This document shows, one piece after another, positions 40,783 to 50,818 of a stretch of DNA of 64,000 nt. The stretch lies in the NCBI GenBank assembly GCA_038870975.1, contig JAVZJD010000001.1, forward strand, positions 384,001-448,000, read 5' to 3'. The position numbers and the translations under genes were made by a program. Origin of the DNA: Candidatus Bathyarchaeia archaeon (GTDB taxonomy: Archaea; Thermoproteota; CALKCG01; B24). Position 1 is the stretch's first letter. The number at the start of each line of letters is the position of its first letter. The notes beneath the pieces are model-generated. The model saw only the letters and a program-made list of their open reading frames with translations, was not told where the DNA came from and did no database searches.

Positions 40783-42150
40783 TTGGAGAGTACAATATGG
40801 CGGGTTTTGAATGAGATCCCGGACTTCAAAGAGTTTATGACTGTTGATGAACTTAACATGAGCACCAGAGAACTAGCGTTTAAATATCCAGATAGAGTTT
40901 CCATGTTTGAGATAGGCGAGGCGAGGAATGGAGAACCGATCAATTGTCTTAGAATAGGGTCTGGGAAGTTGACGGCTCTGCTCTTCGCTTTTCCACATCC
41001 CAATGAGCCAATTGGAAGTATGACGTTGGAGTATCTTTCTTGGAAGTTGTGTATGGATGATGCTTTTAGAAGTATGATGAATACGACGTGGTATATTGTA
41101 AAGTGCGCAGACCCTTTTGGAGCTAGATTAAACGAGGGTTGGTTCAAAGGAGACTGGTCTCCAAGAAAGTATGCTTTAAACTACTATAGGCCTCCTGGAT
41201 ATAAACAGATTGAATGGACTTTTCCAATAGAATATAAAACATTGAAGTTTAATAAGCCTACTCCTGAGACCCGTGCTTTAATGAATTTAATCGAAGAGAT
41301 TAAGCCTGACTATGTGAGTTCTCTTCATAACGCTGGTTTCTGCGGAGCTTATTTCTATCTTTCAGATCCAATTCCAAATGTATACGATAAACTCCATATG
41401 GTTGCATCTAAGTTTAATATCCCGCTTCATCTAGGTGAGCCTGAAGTACCTTATGCCAGTAAGTTTGCCGACGCTATCTTCAAAATGCCGACAGTAGTTG
41501 AGGAATATGAGTATTTAGCTACACATCTTAAGAAAGACCCATCTGAAGTGATAAGAAACGGTGCTAGTAGCGATGAGTACGTGAAGAGAGTTAACAAAGA
41601 TGCTTTAACACTGGTATGCGAGGTCCCCTACATATATGATGAGAGGATCGCTAATACTACACCAGTTGGTGTAAAACGTAGAGATGTCATACTTTTAGAA
41701 GCTGAAAAAACCAGACGGCAACTTGTAGAGCTTAAAAAGAGACTAGGAATTATCGAGCATTACGTTAATGAATCTTCTCCATTCTACGAGGCTTTATCGG
41801 AGTTTATAAGGATAGGACTTGAATCTGTAAAGGCTAGGAAGAACTGGGCGAAGAGAGACCCATCTACTGCTCGTCAGGCTACGGTTTCAGAGCTATTCGA
41901 TAATATGGTTGCTAGGGTCTATTTCTATGGAATTCTTAGGCTCGGATTATTCTATAGATTAACATGCGAAAAACCTGAGGAGCCCGCACTCAAGAAGCAT
42001 ACCGAGTGGAGCCTTAAAAAGATAGAGTATATGTGTAAAGAGTTTATGAATCTATCGAATTACTCAGTGATACCCATTAGAAACTTAGTAGGTGTTCAAT
42101 TAGGGTCAATACTCTATACATTAACAGCTAAATTATCATCTCTCAATTGA
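40783..42150 (+). CDS. M14 zinc carboxypeptidase-family protein
   Basis: PHPNEPIG (HxxE), DP.G..LN, SLHNAG, CEVPY. Confidence 0.8.
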   Translation: MESTIWRVLNEIPDFKEFMTVDELNMSTRELAFKYPDRVSMFEIGEARNGEPINCLRIGSGKLTALLFAFPHPNEPIGSMTLEYLSWKLCMDDAFRSMMNTTWYIVKCADPFGARLNEGWFKGDWSPRKYALNYYRPPGYKQIEWTFPIEYKTLKFNKPTPETRALMNLIEEIKPDYVSSLHNAGFCGAYFYLSDPIPNVYDKLHMVASKFNIPLHLGEPEVPYASKFADAIFKMPTVVEEYEYLATHLKKDPSEVIRNGASSDEYVKRVNKDALTLVCEVPYIYDERIANTTPVGVKRRDVILLEAEKTRRQLVELKKRLGIIEHYVNESSPFYEALSEFIRIGLESVKARKNWAKRDPSTARQATVSELFDNMVARVYFYGILRLGLFYRLTCEKPEEPALKKHTEWSLKKIEYMCKEFMNLSNYSVIPIRNLVGVQLGSILYTLTAKLSSLN

Positions 42151-42152
42151 CT

Positions 42153-44099
42153 TCAATCTTCAATTTTAAATGCATCTTCTGCACCTAGTACATCATATAC
42201 TTTGATTGTAAAATCGAAAAGCTTTCTCGCATTGTCAGCGTTTAATATGACGCCAGAACTATCAACTGGTCTTTTAATCCGCATCTTCCTAGGCGCTACG
42301 AGGGCGGCAACTTCAGGTATATCAGCGTAGAGTAGTATCCATGGTGGATATAGGCTTGGAGGCTGAGCTAGAGACTTCTCTATTCTATATGATGCTAAAA
42401 GCCTTTCGACTTCTAGTTCATCTATTCTACTGTCTAAAGCCGTTGCAAATAACGCTATTAACCCGGCGTCTGAGAAGCCATGGACTACAAGCTTCTTACG
42501 TAGGAACCCCCTAAATGCTAAATAATCTACAGTCCTTAAGACGTCGAACACCCTCATCCCAAGTATGTGTCTTCCTAAGACTAGACTATTCTTGGCTGCC
42601 ACACTTTCATCGTAATCGGTTTCCCCAACACCTCTGTAGTCGATTAAAACGGCAAGTCCCTTGTTTTCAACGACTTCTCTAACTCTTATATCGGCGAATA
42701 TCGAGGATTTACCTGAAGGTGTCAAGAAGATATGTGCTTCTTCAAACTCCCCCCTTCTTAAGAGGATAGTGGGGATCACTATATCCCATTCGCTTCTAAA
42801 GCTTGCATATTCCACTTCTATACCATCTATATATTCAACTCTATAGGTCCTAGCGTCTAAATCCGCCCTCCTTGGAAAACCTCCAAAGACATCATCAGTT
42901 ATGTGTTTCTTAAGCTCCTCTCTACGCTTGAGATATTCCTCTGGATTTAACTTTGCAAACCTGTTTAAAGAATCATACTTCGCATTATAAATTGAAAAGA
43001 TTGTTTCAGCTTTCTCTGGGATAATATTACAAAAGCATTTAAGCACGTTTGAATCAGGCGGCTCAACCACTATGACAGGTTCATGATAGTCTCTTTCAAC
43101 TCCCATAAGCCACCTATCAAACCAGCGATATACAATTTCTCTCATATCCTTATTATATCCGTGTGGTGCATAACTCTCATACATCGCTATTTTATCTTCA
43201 CAACCCATAAGACCGTATATGCTTTTTACGCGTGAGAAGGCTTTTCTCGCCGATGTTATTGGGAAAGTATCATCCAATACGCCGCTAACGATCAGTAGTG
43301 GACGTGGAGCTATACATGCCAATATATCGGGTATATTAGCAAATTTAAGCATACCAGGAATGCACTCGCAGAAGCATCTACCGGATGCAACTTGGTCTTC
43401 AAAAACCTCAGCTGAACATACTGGAGCTGCGACTTTAACTCTTTCATCTAACGCAGCTAGATACATTGTTTGATTTCCGCCTCCAGAGGCGCCAGTTACA
43501 CCTATGCGTTCTGGATCAACCTCCCTTCTAGATTGGAGATAGTCTATGGCACACATATTGTCGAAGACTTCAATGGCCTGTAGGGTTAAACCTACAGTGG
43601 GGAGTATGTAGCCTTCCCAATGGCCTTGATACCTTCTTTCACCATAACCTACTTTATCAATAGCCAGAGCTACATAACCTCTTAAGGCGAAGCCTATGCA
43701 ACTAGCCTGTATAGCATCTTGATGTTTAGCGTGAGGCCAGTGGCCATGTACTCTGAGAACGGCTGGTACTGGTTTTTCAAGCTTTGAAGGTATATATAGG
43801 TTGGCTGAAACGTAGAAACCCGGTATCGTCTCAAGAATAATCTTTTCTAAGACGTAGCCTTTCTTCTCAACTCTACCGACTAGATTAGCCTTAACGCTTC
43901 TCTCCGGTAGATTATCAACTCCCATAGCTTTCCTTAACATCGTCAAAATTCTGCTCCTCATTTCAAGCCAACTCGAATAATCGCTAGGTTTACACCTACT
44001 TCTTTCAAGTTCGTCACAAAGTCTTGCAAAATGTTCTCTAAGCATAGAACCATATCCATTGTAGAAAACGTTTAGATCACCCCATACATCTCTACTCAT
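42153..44099 (-). CDS. Two-domain alpha/beta-hydrolase (acetylxylan/glucuronoyl-esterase-like)
   Basis: VHGHW, GYGER, TGASGGG, APRP, PHGY; the second domain is degenerate. Confidence 0.75.
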   Translation of the reverse strand: MSRDVWGDLNVFYNGYGSMLREHFARLCDELERSRCKPSDYSSWLEMRSRILTMLRKAMGVDNLPERSVKANLVGRVEKKGYVLEKIILETIPGFYVSANLYIPSKLEKPVPAVLRVHGHWPHAKHQDAIQASCIGFALRGYVALAIDKVGYGERRYQGHWEGYILPTVGLTLQAIEVFDNMCAIDYLQSRREVDPERIGVTGASGGGNQTMYLAALDERVKVAAPVCSAEVFEDQVASGRCFCECIPGMLKFANIPDILACIAPRPLLIVSGVLDDTFPITSARKAFSRVKSIYGLMGCEDKIAMYESYAPHGYNKDMREIVYRWFDRWLMGVERDYHEPVIVVEPPDSNVLKCFCNIIPEKAETIFSIYNAKYDSLNRFAKLNPEEYLKRREELKKHITDDVFGGFPRRADLDARTYRVEYIDGIEVEYASFRSEWDIVIPTILLRRGEFEEAHIFLTPSGKSSIFADIRVREVVENKGLAVLIDYRGVGETDYDESVAAKNSLVLGRHILGMRVFDVLRTVDYLAFRGFLRKKLVVHGFSDAGLIALFATALDSRIDELEVERLLASYRIEKSLAQPPSLYPPWILLYADIPEVAALVAPRKMRIKRPVDSSGVILNADNARKLFDFTIKVYDVLGAEDAFKIED

Positions 44100-44123
44100 A
44101 CTCACGCCCCCTACTTTAACCAA

Positions 44124-44165
44124 TTCTCTTAAAATACTTATATAATACTTGGTTTTTTAAGAGAA
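44124..44165. promoter_or_regulatory. Inverted repeat flanking a shared TATA box of divergent genes
   Basis: TTCTCTTAAAA (44124-44134) / TTTTAAGAGAA (44155-44165); the 20-nt spacer contains TTATATAA. Confidence 0.55.
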
Positions 44166-44181
44166 ATTTGAGGCGAGGGAG

Positions 44182-46185
44182 ATGTCTGAGGGAAGCCAAG
44201 AGCGAATGCCATGGGCTCTCGTGATAGTTCTAACGGTTTTACTAGGCTCTATTGGAACGCTTTGGATTTCTACTCTTCCAGGAAGCCTTATCTCGGCATA
44301 CGACCTTGGGATAGTCGTCTGCGGCATGGAGTTAACATCAGCCCCCTTCATATTGGTGCTGATTACTGGCTTAGGTAGATTCTTTAAAGGGTTTAGAGCG
44401 AAAATAAACTCTACTGTTCTAACCTACGTATATACTGTAGCGATAGTAAGTTCTTACTTCATTTCAACCCACTGGCCGTGGAATATACCTATGCGCTTCT
44501 GGCTAGATAGATTTATGTATCCTGAAGATTCACAGGCCTTCGTACCATCATTTATGGCTCCCCCGGCTGAAATAACAAGACAATTGACTTTTGGAAAAGT
44601 ACCATTTCCAATGGTCGAGTGGCTTCCATCACTACTCTACTGGTGGCTTTGTCAAGTGTTATTCGGTTTATTTATGTTATCCATCGCCAATATATTACGT
44701 AGGCGATATATAGACATTGAAAAAGTGCCGTTTCCACACGCTATGGCTACCTATGAGTCAATAAGACACGTTTCCACGGATATTAAAGTTCCCGAGAAAA
44801 TTGTCAAATTTTTCCTGATAGGTTTGATCGTCGGCATTGGTCTTCAACTGCCTATATATTTGCAGGCTGCCTTTCCGTGGTTTCCAGACATATTCTCCTG
44901 GCGTGTTAACACATGCCCATCTGGTCAACAGTACGTGGGTTGGGGTGAAACAATACTTGGCTTGGTCTCTTTAACGGCTTGGAATAAACAACCTTTAGCA
45001 TACGCCATAGCTTACATGATGCCACTATCAGTTTTATTTAACGGCTGGTTCTGGTACGTCGTCCTCCTACTATTAACACAGGTAGCATATACCGCTGGAT
45101 ATTACACGGGTATACAAAACATAGGTGGATGCGGTAGGGCATGGTGTCATCCATCGCCGTTAAACGACCCACCTTTTAAATTCCACGTAATGACTTTTGT
45201 TGGGGGAAACCTTGGAATAGCAGTCTTGTATCTCTACCTAAGCAGAGACTATATAGTTGAAACGTTAAGAGCAGCGTTCAGTTCGAGAAGTAGCTCCTTT
45301 AAAGGTGTTGAAGCCACTGAGCCAACATCATACAAAACATCGTGGCTGATGCTCCTAGTGTCCTTGATACTCTGCATAGTATTCCTGCTGGTAACGGGGT
45401 TGAGTTTGACATCATCTCTAATATTCATGTTTACGATATTCATATTTTGGATCGCTTTTTCCAGAGTTTTCGGTCTAGCTGGACTACATACTAGAAGCGA
45501 TAGCTACGGTATGATCTTCTGGAAACCCATATGGCCTGTGGTTCCTGAAACTAGGACGAAGGATTTTGTCCTCTCAGTATGCTTAGTGAGGACGATGGGT
45601 ATTGATACACCATCATACGGATGGGGTGGAACACTTTTCGGAGCCTTCTGTAGTTATAGAGTTGCCAGTTTAACGGGTGTAAGTAGTAAGAATATATTCA
45701 AGACGTTGATTGTTACGATAGTATTGCTACCAATCGTGACACTTTCTACAGTGCTAACCATGAGTTATACGGTTGGCCTTAGCAGGTTTACTACGTACAA
45801 CTGGGGTTACGGTGATGGAATAATTCACCATCTAGCGAGCGAGTGGTATTACAATGAACAGCCTGCCGCCGGGTCGATGTTTGAATATATTCTAGTAGGA
45901 TTTATAATAGCAGGAGTTCTTTCAGCGCTTCACGCAAGGTTTATATGGTTCCCGTTTGAACCTATTGGATGGATTGTAGGCTGGAGCTATCTATCGATTC
46001 TATGGGGATTCTGGCTTCCATTCTTAGTAGCTTGGGTTCTAAAGTTCATAACCCTGAGGATAGGCGGAAGCAAGGGATATGAAGAAGTCGGTCTACCATT
46101 CTTCGGTGGAGTTGCCGCTGGATGTATGTTAGCAATATTCATAGGGGGATTGATAAGCATTATAAGGTTTTTCGTGCCATTTTAA
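44182..46185 (+). CDS. OPT-superfamily-like polytopic membrane protein (DUF6785/DUF6784 type)
   Basis: Paralogue of 6..1886: IDIEKVPFPH, FPWFPD, CGRxWCxPSP, DTPSY.WGG, ARFIWFPFEPIG. Confidence 0.8.
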   Translation: MSEGSQERMPWALVIVLTVLLGSIGTLWISTLPGSLISAYDLGIVVCGMELTSAPFILVLITGLGRFFKGFRAKINSTVLTYVYTVAIVSSYFISTHWPWNIPMRFWLDRFMYPEDSQAFVPSFMAPPAEITRQLTFGKVPFPMVEWLPSLLYWWLCQVLFGLFMLSIANILRRRYIDIEKVPFPHAMATYESIRHVSTDIKVPEKIVKFFLIGLIVGIGLQLPIYLQAAFPWFPDIFSWRVNTCPSGQQYVGWGETILGLVSLTAWNKQPLAYAIAYMMPLSVLFNGWFWYVVLLLLTQVAYTAGYYTGIQNIGGCGRAWCHPSPLNDPPFKFHVMTFVGGNLGIAVLYLYLSRDYIVETLRAAFSSRSSSFKGVEATEPTSYKTSWLMLLVSLILCIVFLLVTGLSLTSSLIFMFTIFIFWIAFSRVFGLAGLHTRSDSYGMIFWKPIWPVVPETRTKDFVLSVCLVRTMGIDTPSYGWGGTLFGAFCSYRVASLTGVSSKNIFKTLIVTIVLLPIVTLSTVLTMSYTVGLSRFTTYNWGYGDGIIHHLASEWYYNEQPAAGSMFEYILVGFIIAGVLSALHARFIWFPFEPIGWIVGWSYLSILWGFWLPFLVAWVLKFITLRIGGSKGYEEVGLPFFGGVAAGCMLAIFIGGLISIIRFFVPF

Positions 46186-46241
46186 ATCCCCATATTTTTT
46201 ATAAGGTAAAAATGCGTTAAATAGATTCGGGATTTTACGCC

Positions 46242-47069
46242 ATGAATATTGGTAAGAGGTTAAGGTTTAGGAGGCTATTCACCCATGGGAGAAGCGTGAT
46301 AGTTGCAATAGACCACGGATCCTACTGGGGTTATATAACTGGGCTTGAGAATCCGAAACGTGTAGTTGAAAAATTGAGTGAAACCTGTGCTGATGCTATA
46401 GCTGCAACACCCTTTACGTTGGAGAGGGTGTGTAGTTCTATGGGAAATCTAGCGGCTGTAGCTAGAATTGATAGTAGCGTTACCGTGTACGATGATATGG
46501 AGAACGATATGCCGATTACAACCGTAGAGCATTTAGTAGCTATGGGGGCTGATGCTGCTATGACCATGTGCTATTTCGGAGGAGCAAGGTCATCCGAGCA
46601 GCAGAGGAAGCTAGGTATGCTTGCAACGGAATGTGAAAAACTCGGTCTTCCGCTGATAGTTGAAGCTCTTCCAGCTAAATTGATCGATTACCATTTCAGT
46701 CGGGAAAAAGCCCGTGGAAAAGCTTTAACAGATTTCATAGCCATCGAAGATCTACTCGTTGTAAGTAGAGTTAGCGCAGAACTTGGAGCGGATGCTATTA
46801 AAACATACTACCTGGGATCTGTAGAGGAGTATAAGAAGGTTGTTGAAAATGCTAATGTACCCATATTAGTTCTTGGAGGACCTAAAGTTAAAACCTTTGA
46901 AGAATACTTAGGACTTGTTAAAAACGCTATGGATGCTGGAGCTAAGGGAGTTGTAGTCGGTAGAAACGTATGGCAGAGGGAAGATATTAAAAGCACTATG
47001 AAGGCTATATGTGCAATAGTGCATGAAGATAAGGATGTTGAATATGCTCGAAGATTTCTAGTGTTGTAA
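46242..47069 (+). CDS. Class I aldolase, DhnA/LsrF family
   Basis: AIDHG, ELGADAIKT (Schiff-base Lys), LGGPK, GRNVWQ. Confidence 0.88.
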   Translation: MNIGKRLRFRRLFTHGRSVIVAIDHGSYWGYITGLENPKRVVEKLSETCADAIAATPFTLERVCSSMGNLAAVARIDSSVTVYDDMENDMPITTVEHLVAMGADAAMTMCYFGGARSSEQQRKLGMLATECEKLGLPLIVEALPAKLIDYHFSREKARGKALTDFIAIEDLLVVSRVSAELGADAIKTYYLGSVEEYKKVVENANVPILVLGGPKVKTFEEYLGLVKNAMDAGAKGVVVGRNVWQREDIKSTMKAICAIVHEDKDVEYARRFLVL

Positions 47070-47093
47070 TAGTCATCCCACTTCTTTTACATT

Positions 47094-47807
47094 CTACTCA
47101 AAAATCATAGCTAAAGCCCTACATGGACCGCCGTCGGCATCTTTAAAAGCTACTGGTGCATAGATAAAGTAAGCCCTTCGGTGTTTCCTGCCATCAAGGA
47201 CTAAGTCGAGATTTCTTAGGGACTCTATTAGGATTATACCTGCACCGAGTAGAATACGATGAGTTCTGGCCGGCGACCCCTTAGCTGTGACTGGCCCATG
47301 TCCAGGCAACTGTCCATCCCAGCCACCAACGCTTAATGTATCAACCCCAAGGGCTTTTATCTTTTTCTCGACCAAGTACTCAGCAGTTTCTTCGATTACA
47401 TACGGCCATTCGAAAAGGTACTCTGGGTTAAACCCAAACTTCTTATCCCAGCCAGTGTAGAGCATTAAGACATCTCCAGGCTTAATTTCATTCTCATAGA
47501 CTTTAAGATCATCAATAGTGATGGCTTCTCTAGGCTTTTTATACGAAAGGTCCACCGTTAAGCCTTCGCCAACGAAATTATCTATTGGCAATTGATCGAC
47601 AGACTTCCCATCAACGATAAAGTGTAGCGGTACGTCGACGTGCGTACCACTGTGCGTAGTCATCTGTCGAATTATATGCATAGTACTTCCATCGCGTGGA
47701 ACATTGCTCAACATTTCATACAGGAGATTCGGTTGAGTGGGCCATAAAGGCATACAATTATACAACACTTGGCTTAAATCAACTATTTTAACTGGCCTCA
47801 TATACAC
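47094..47807 (-). CDS. Cyclase family metal hydrolase (kynurenine formamidase-like)
   Basis: HSGTHVDVPLH, GVDTLS, IESL. Confidence 0.88.
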   Translation of the reverse strand: MYMRPVKIVDLSQVLYNCMPLWPTQPNLLYEMLSNVPRDGSTMHIIRQMTTHSGTHVDVPLHFIVDGKSVDQLPIDNFVGEGLTVDLSYKKPREAITIDDLKVYENEIKPGDVLMLYTGWDKKFGFNPEYLFEWPYVIEETAEYLVEKKIKALGVDTLSVGGWDGQLPGHGPVTAKGSPARTHRILLGAGIILIESLRNLDLVLDGRKHRRAYFIYAPVAFKDADGGPCRALAMIFE

Positions 47808-48231
47808 CTCTTAAATAGTCTCAATCAAACCAAATTATACTTTTCCGCGGACAGATGATTTAATAAGCTGAAGACAATAAGAACGGCTGAACTAACGACT
47901 GAGACATCCCATCTGGTCTTCCACCTTCATCATTAAAGATGCTCAAATCCATAAGTCCGAATTACGACTATGTTCTAGAGATAAACAATTGGCTTGTAAG
48001 AGTTTTAAAAACGCCTACCTTTTCGAGAAGGAATTCATCAAAAAGTATGGGAAGAAGCGCGTCTCCCTAGCGGAGGCCTGGATTGAAGGCCTCAACTACT
48101 CGCTACGTTCACTAATACTAAAGGCAGAAGAGCTACTACAGCTCATACGGAATATGAAATCTATGACACAAAGCATTTAGAGGCTTAACATAGCAACTAC
48201 GTTAGCTTAGTAGAATAAGCGACTCTAATTT

Positions 48232-48900
48232 TCATGTAAGTCCACTTCTTGATAAAGCCTCAAGTAGATATTTCAAGTTCTCCACAATCATGTCAGGACG
48301 CGAATTCTCAAGTTTCTCTCTAGATGCAGCCCCTGTTAAAACGGCGACTGTGAATACACCAGCAGCTTTACCAGCTTCAACGTCGTAGATAGTATCACCT
48401 ACATATATCGCTTCGAAGGGCTTTACACCTAGCCTTTTAACCGCTTCTTCTATTATATCTGGATGTGGCTTTCCCCTCTTAACATCCTCAGCGCCTATTA
48501 CAACGTCTACGTAATTGAGTAATCCAGTTAAGTCCAAGACCCTAATTATAAGCTTCCTTGGGTTTGAAGAAGCCACAGCGGTCTTCAAATTCATCGCCTT
48601 GAATCCTTTGATGGCATCCGCAACTCCCATGATCGGTTTAACCAAGTTTAAACAACTCTCCATAAATATCTCATCTTTAAGCTCGGCAAATCGAATGAAA
48701 TCTCCAACTCTATTGTAAGGTAAGAAAGCCTTAGCCATATCGTAACTCGACTTGCCGAATTCGGATCTTATTTTGTCTTCTGAGATATACACGCCTAATA
48801 TCTCAGCCGCTTTAGACCAAGCTTTTAAATGTGCCTCTGAAGAATCTACGAGCGTGCCATCCATATCTAACACTACAGCCTTAAACTTCAAGGTCGACAT
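48232..48900 (-). CDS. HAD-superfamily phosphatase
   Basis: DMDGTLVDS, GKPHPD, VGD...D. Confidence 0.9.
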   Translation of the reverse strand: MSTLKFKAVVLDMDGTLVDSSEAHLKAWSKAAEILGVYISEDKIRSEFGKSSYDMAKAFLPYNRVGDFIRFAELKDEIFMESCLNLVKPIMGVADAIKGFKAMNLKTAVASSNPRKLIIRVLDLTGLLNYVDVVIGAEDVKRGKPHPDIIEEAVKRLGVKPFEAIYVGDTIYDVEAGKAAGVFTVAVLTGAASREKLENSRPDMIVENLKYLLEALSRSGLT

Positions 48901-49177
48901 CCAAATCATATAGACAGTATAAATGCTGATATAAAAATCCATTGGAATCAATAATTTAAAAATACTTATGTGTAAATGTGAGATAAAACTGAAGTGAACT
49001 TAGACTTTAACATCACTTAGATGTATAATTTACTATAGACCTGAGATTGAAGTCAGAAGGATATTGATTTAAACCATGAGAGATGGATAAGGCTTAGAGA
49101 TAATTGTAATCGATGTAGCGTAGATTTTAGGGGGTAAATCTTTCTCAGAGAAAAAAGATTATATAGGCGTCTTCTGG

Positions 49178-49675
49178 ATGAAACTTTTCGATTTAGCTTT
49201 GATTCCAAAAAGATTCTTTGTGACGACTGGCAGAGGTTTAAGCAGAGTCTCGAAGCTTAATGCTTTCGATAGGGCTTTAATAGATGCAGGTATTGGGAAT
49301 TGTAACCTAGTGCCTGTAAGCTCTATCCTACCAAGTGGAGCCGAAGAATGTGAATTATGTGACATCCCAGCTGGTTCTATAGTTTTCGTCGTTATGGCTA
49401 GAATGGACGGATCAGAGGGTGAAACACTAGGTGCTGGCATAGCGTGGGCTTGGGAGGAAAACGGTAAGTTTGGCGTGGTTGTTGAAGCACACGACAACAT
49501 GGACCATGAGAAGCTTAAAATGACTTTAAACGATAGGCTTAATGAAATGGCTATTATGAGGAGTATTAAGCTTAAAAACATTAAGTATAGGGTTGAAAGT
49601 CTAAGCGTCCCCAAGGGTTTTTACGGCTCGGTTATAGCAGCTTTAGTTTTCCTTCCACAGAATATGGAATATTAG
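49178..49675 (+). CDS. pdaD: Pyruvoyl-dependent arginine decarboxylase
   Basis: AFDRAL..AGIGNCNLVPVSSILP (Ser-Ser self-cleavage site). Confidence 0.9.
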   Translation: MKLFDLALIPKRFFVTTGRGLSRVSKLNAFDRALIDAGIGNCNLVPVSSILPSGAEECELCDIPAGSIVFVVMARMDGSEGETLGAGIAWAWEENGKFGVVVEAHDNMDHEKLKMTLNDRLNEMAIMRSIKLKNIKYRVESLSVPKGFYGSVIAALVFLPQNMEY

Positions 49676-49733
49676 ACCTGGAAGCAGGAGTAAAACCTAT
49701 TTTACCCCTGTTATTTTGAAGGTTTAACGTTAA

Positions 49734-50816
49734 ATGAGTTTTATGTTTAAATGGAGAGTCTTAGCGTTTATACTTATAGCGGTATTGATTGTAGTTTTAA
49801 TGATGATCGTCATGCTTCTAAGAGACCCATTTATACTGCATCCTGAGCTTAGAAACGTTAAAAAGCCTACGTTAAAGCTGGATGAGCTCCCAAAGTACGT
49901 ATTGGCATTTTATTATCCATGGTATGGCACTCCTGAAGGGCCTACAGGTTTTTGGAGGCATTGGGATGAGGGGGGACATAATCCCGACGTATTTATCGAT
50001 TGTAGGAGAGATTTAGGTACGACAGATTACCCTGTTAATGGGCCTTACGATTCTAAAGACGAAGATGTTATAGCTTGGCATTTCAAACTTGCTGAAGAAG
50101 CATGTATAGATGGCTTCATAGTTAGCTGGTGGGGTTTTGAAACGTTTGAAGATGAGGTTTTCCGTTTGATGTTGAAAGTTGCTGAAGAAGTAAACACTTC
50201 TATAAAGCTATCCGTGTACTATGAAGTTATCCACGGAGGAAGAGATGAAGCCGTTAAAGATATTGAGCGGATTCTTAGAGACTACGGAGGTCAAAAGGCT
50301 TTCCTTAAAGTACAAGGGTATCCAGTCATCTTCATATATTCGAGAGCCCTACATCAGCTTGACTATAGGGATTGGGATTACGTGATCAGGAAGATACGCT
50401 ACGATGGTTTTAAAGTCCTACTAATAGCCGACGGCTTTGACGAACGCGTAGCTGAGATATTCGACGGGTTGCACACTTATAACCCGGTTGGAATACTGCA
50501 TGAGGGCAGAGACTTGAAGGGCGTCTACGCTAACGTTAAGAGAATAGCTGAAGATCATGGTGTCATATTCTCAGCTACAGTACTACCCGGTTATGATGAT
50601 ACACATATAAGAGAGCCTGGACTCACCTATCCTCGGAAAAATGGAGATACCTACAGAGAAGCTTGGAAGGCCGCTTATGAGTCTCGTGCAGACTGGGTGT
50701 TGATATGTTCGTGGAACGAGTGGCATGAGGGTAGTGAAATAGAGCCTAGCTTAGAGTATGGAAGCTTATACTTGAAAATTACGGCTGAAAATGCGGAGAG
50801 GTTTAAAGGCTCCTGA
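49734..50816 (+). CDS. Membrane-anchored GH99-like glycoside hydrolase (endo-alpha-mannosidase-like)
   Basis: N-terminal TM segment; AFYYPWYG, GPYDS, SWWG, PGYDD, SWNEWHEGSEIEPS. Confidence 0.85.
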   Translation: MSFMFKWRVLAFILIAVLIVVLMMIVMLLRDPFILHPELRNVKKPTLKLDELPKYVLAFYYPWYGTPEGPTGFWRHWDEGGHNPDVFIDCRRDLGTTDYPVNGPYDSKDEDVIAWHFKLAEEACIDGFIVSWWGFETFEDEVFRLMLKVAEEVNTSIKLSVYYEVIHGGRDEAVKDIERILRDYGGQKAFLKVQGYPVIFIYSRALHQLDYRDWDYVIRKIRYDGFKVLLIADGFDERVAEIFDGLHTYNPVGILHEGRDLKGVYANVKRIAEDHGVIFSATVLPGYDDTHIREPGLTYPRKNGDTYREAWKAAYESRADWVLICSWNEWHEGSEIEPSLEYGSLYLKITAENAERFKGS

Positions 50817-50818
50817 AG

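Noticed and set aside
40731-41147. 138-aa minus-strand ORF, and the many other ORFs antisense to called genes (e.g. 230..625, 29134..29595, 35162..35590, 49159..49614)
   Set aside because: Shadow ORFs opposite well-supported genes, with no motifs
47850-47895. Possible C/D box sRNA (ATGATT…CTGA…CTGA)
   Set aside because: First guide only about 7 nt, degenerate C box and no C' box
47940-48180. 63-aa ORF / frameshifted coding-like stretch
   Set aside because: Probably gene debris, but no family can be assigned
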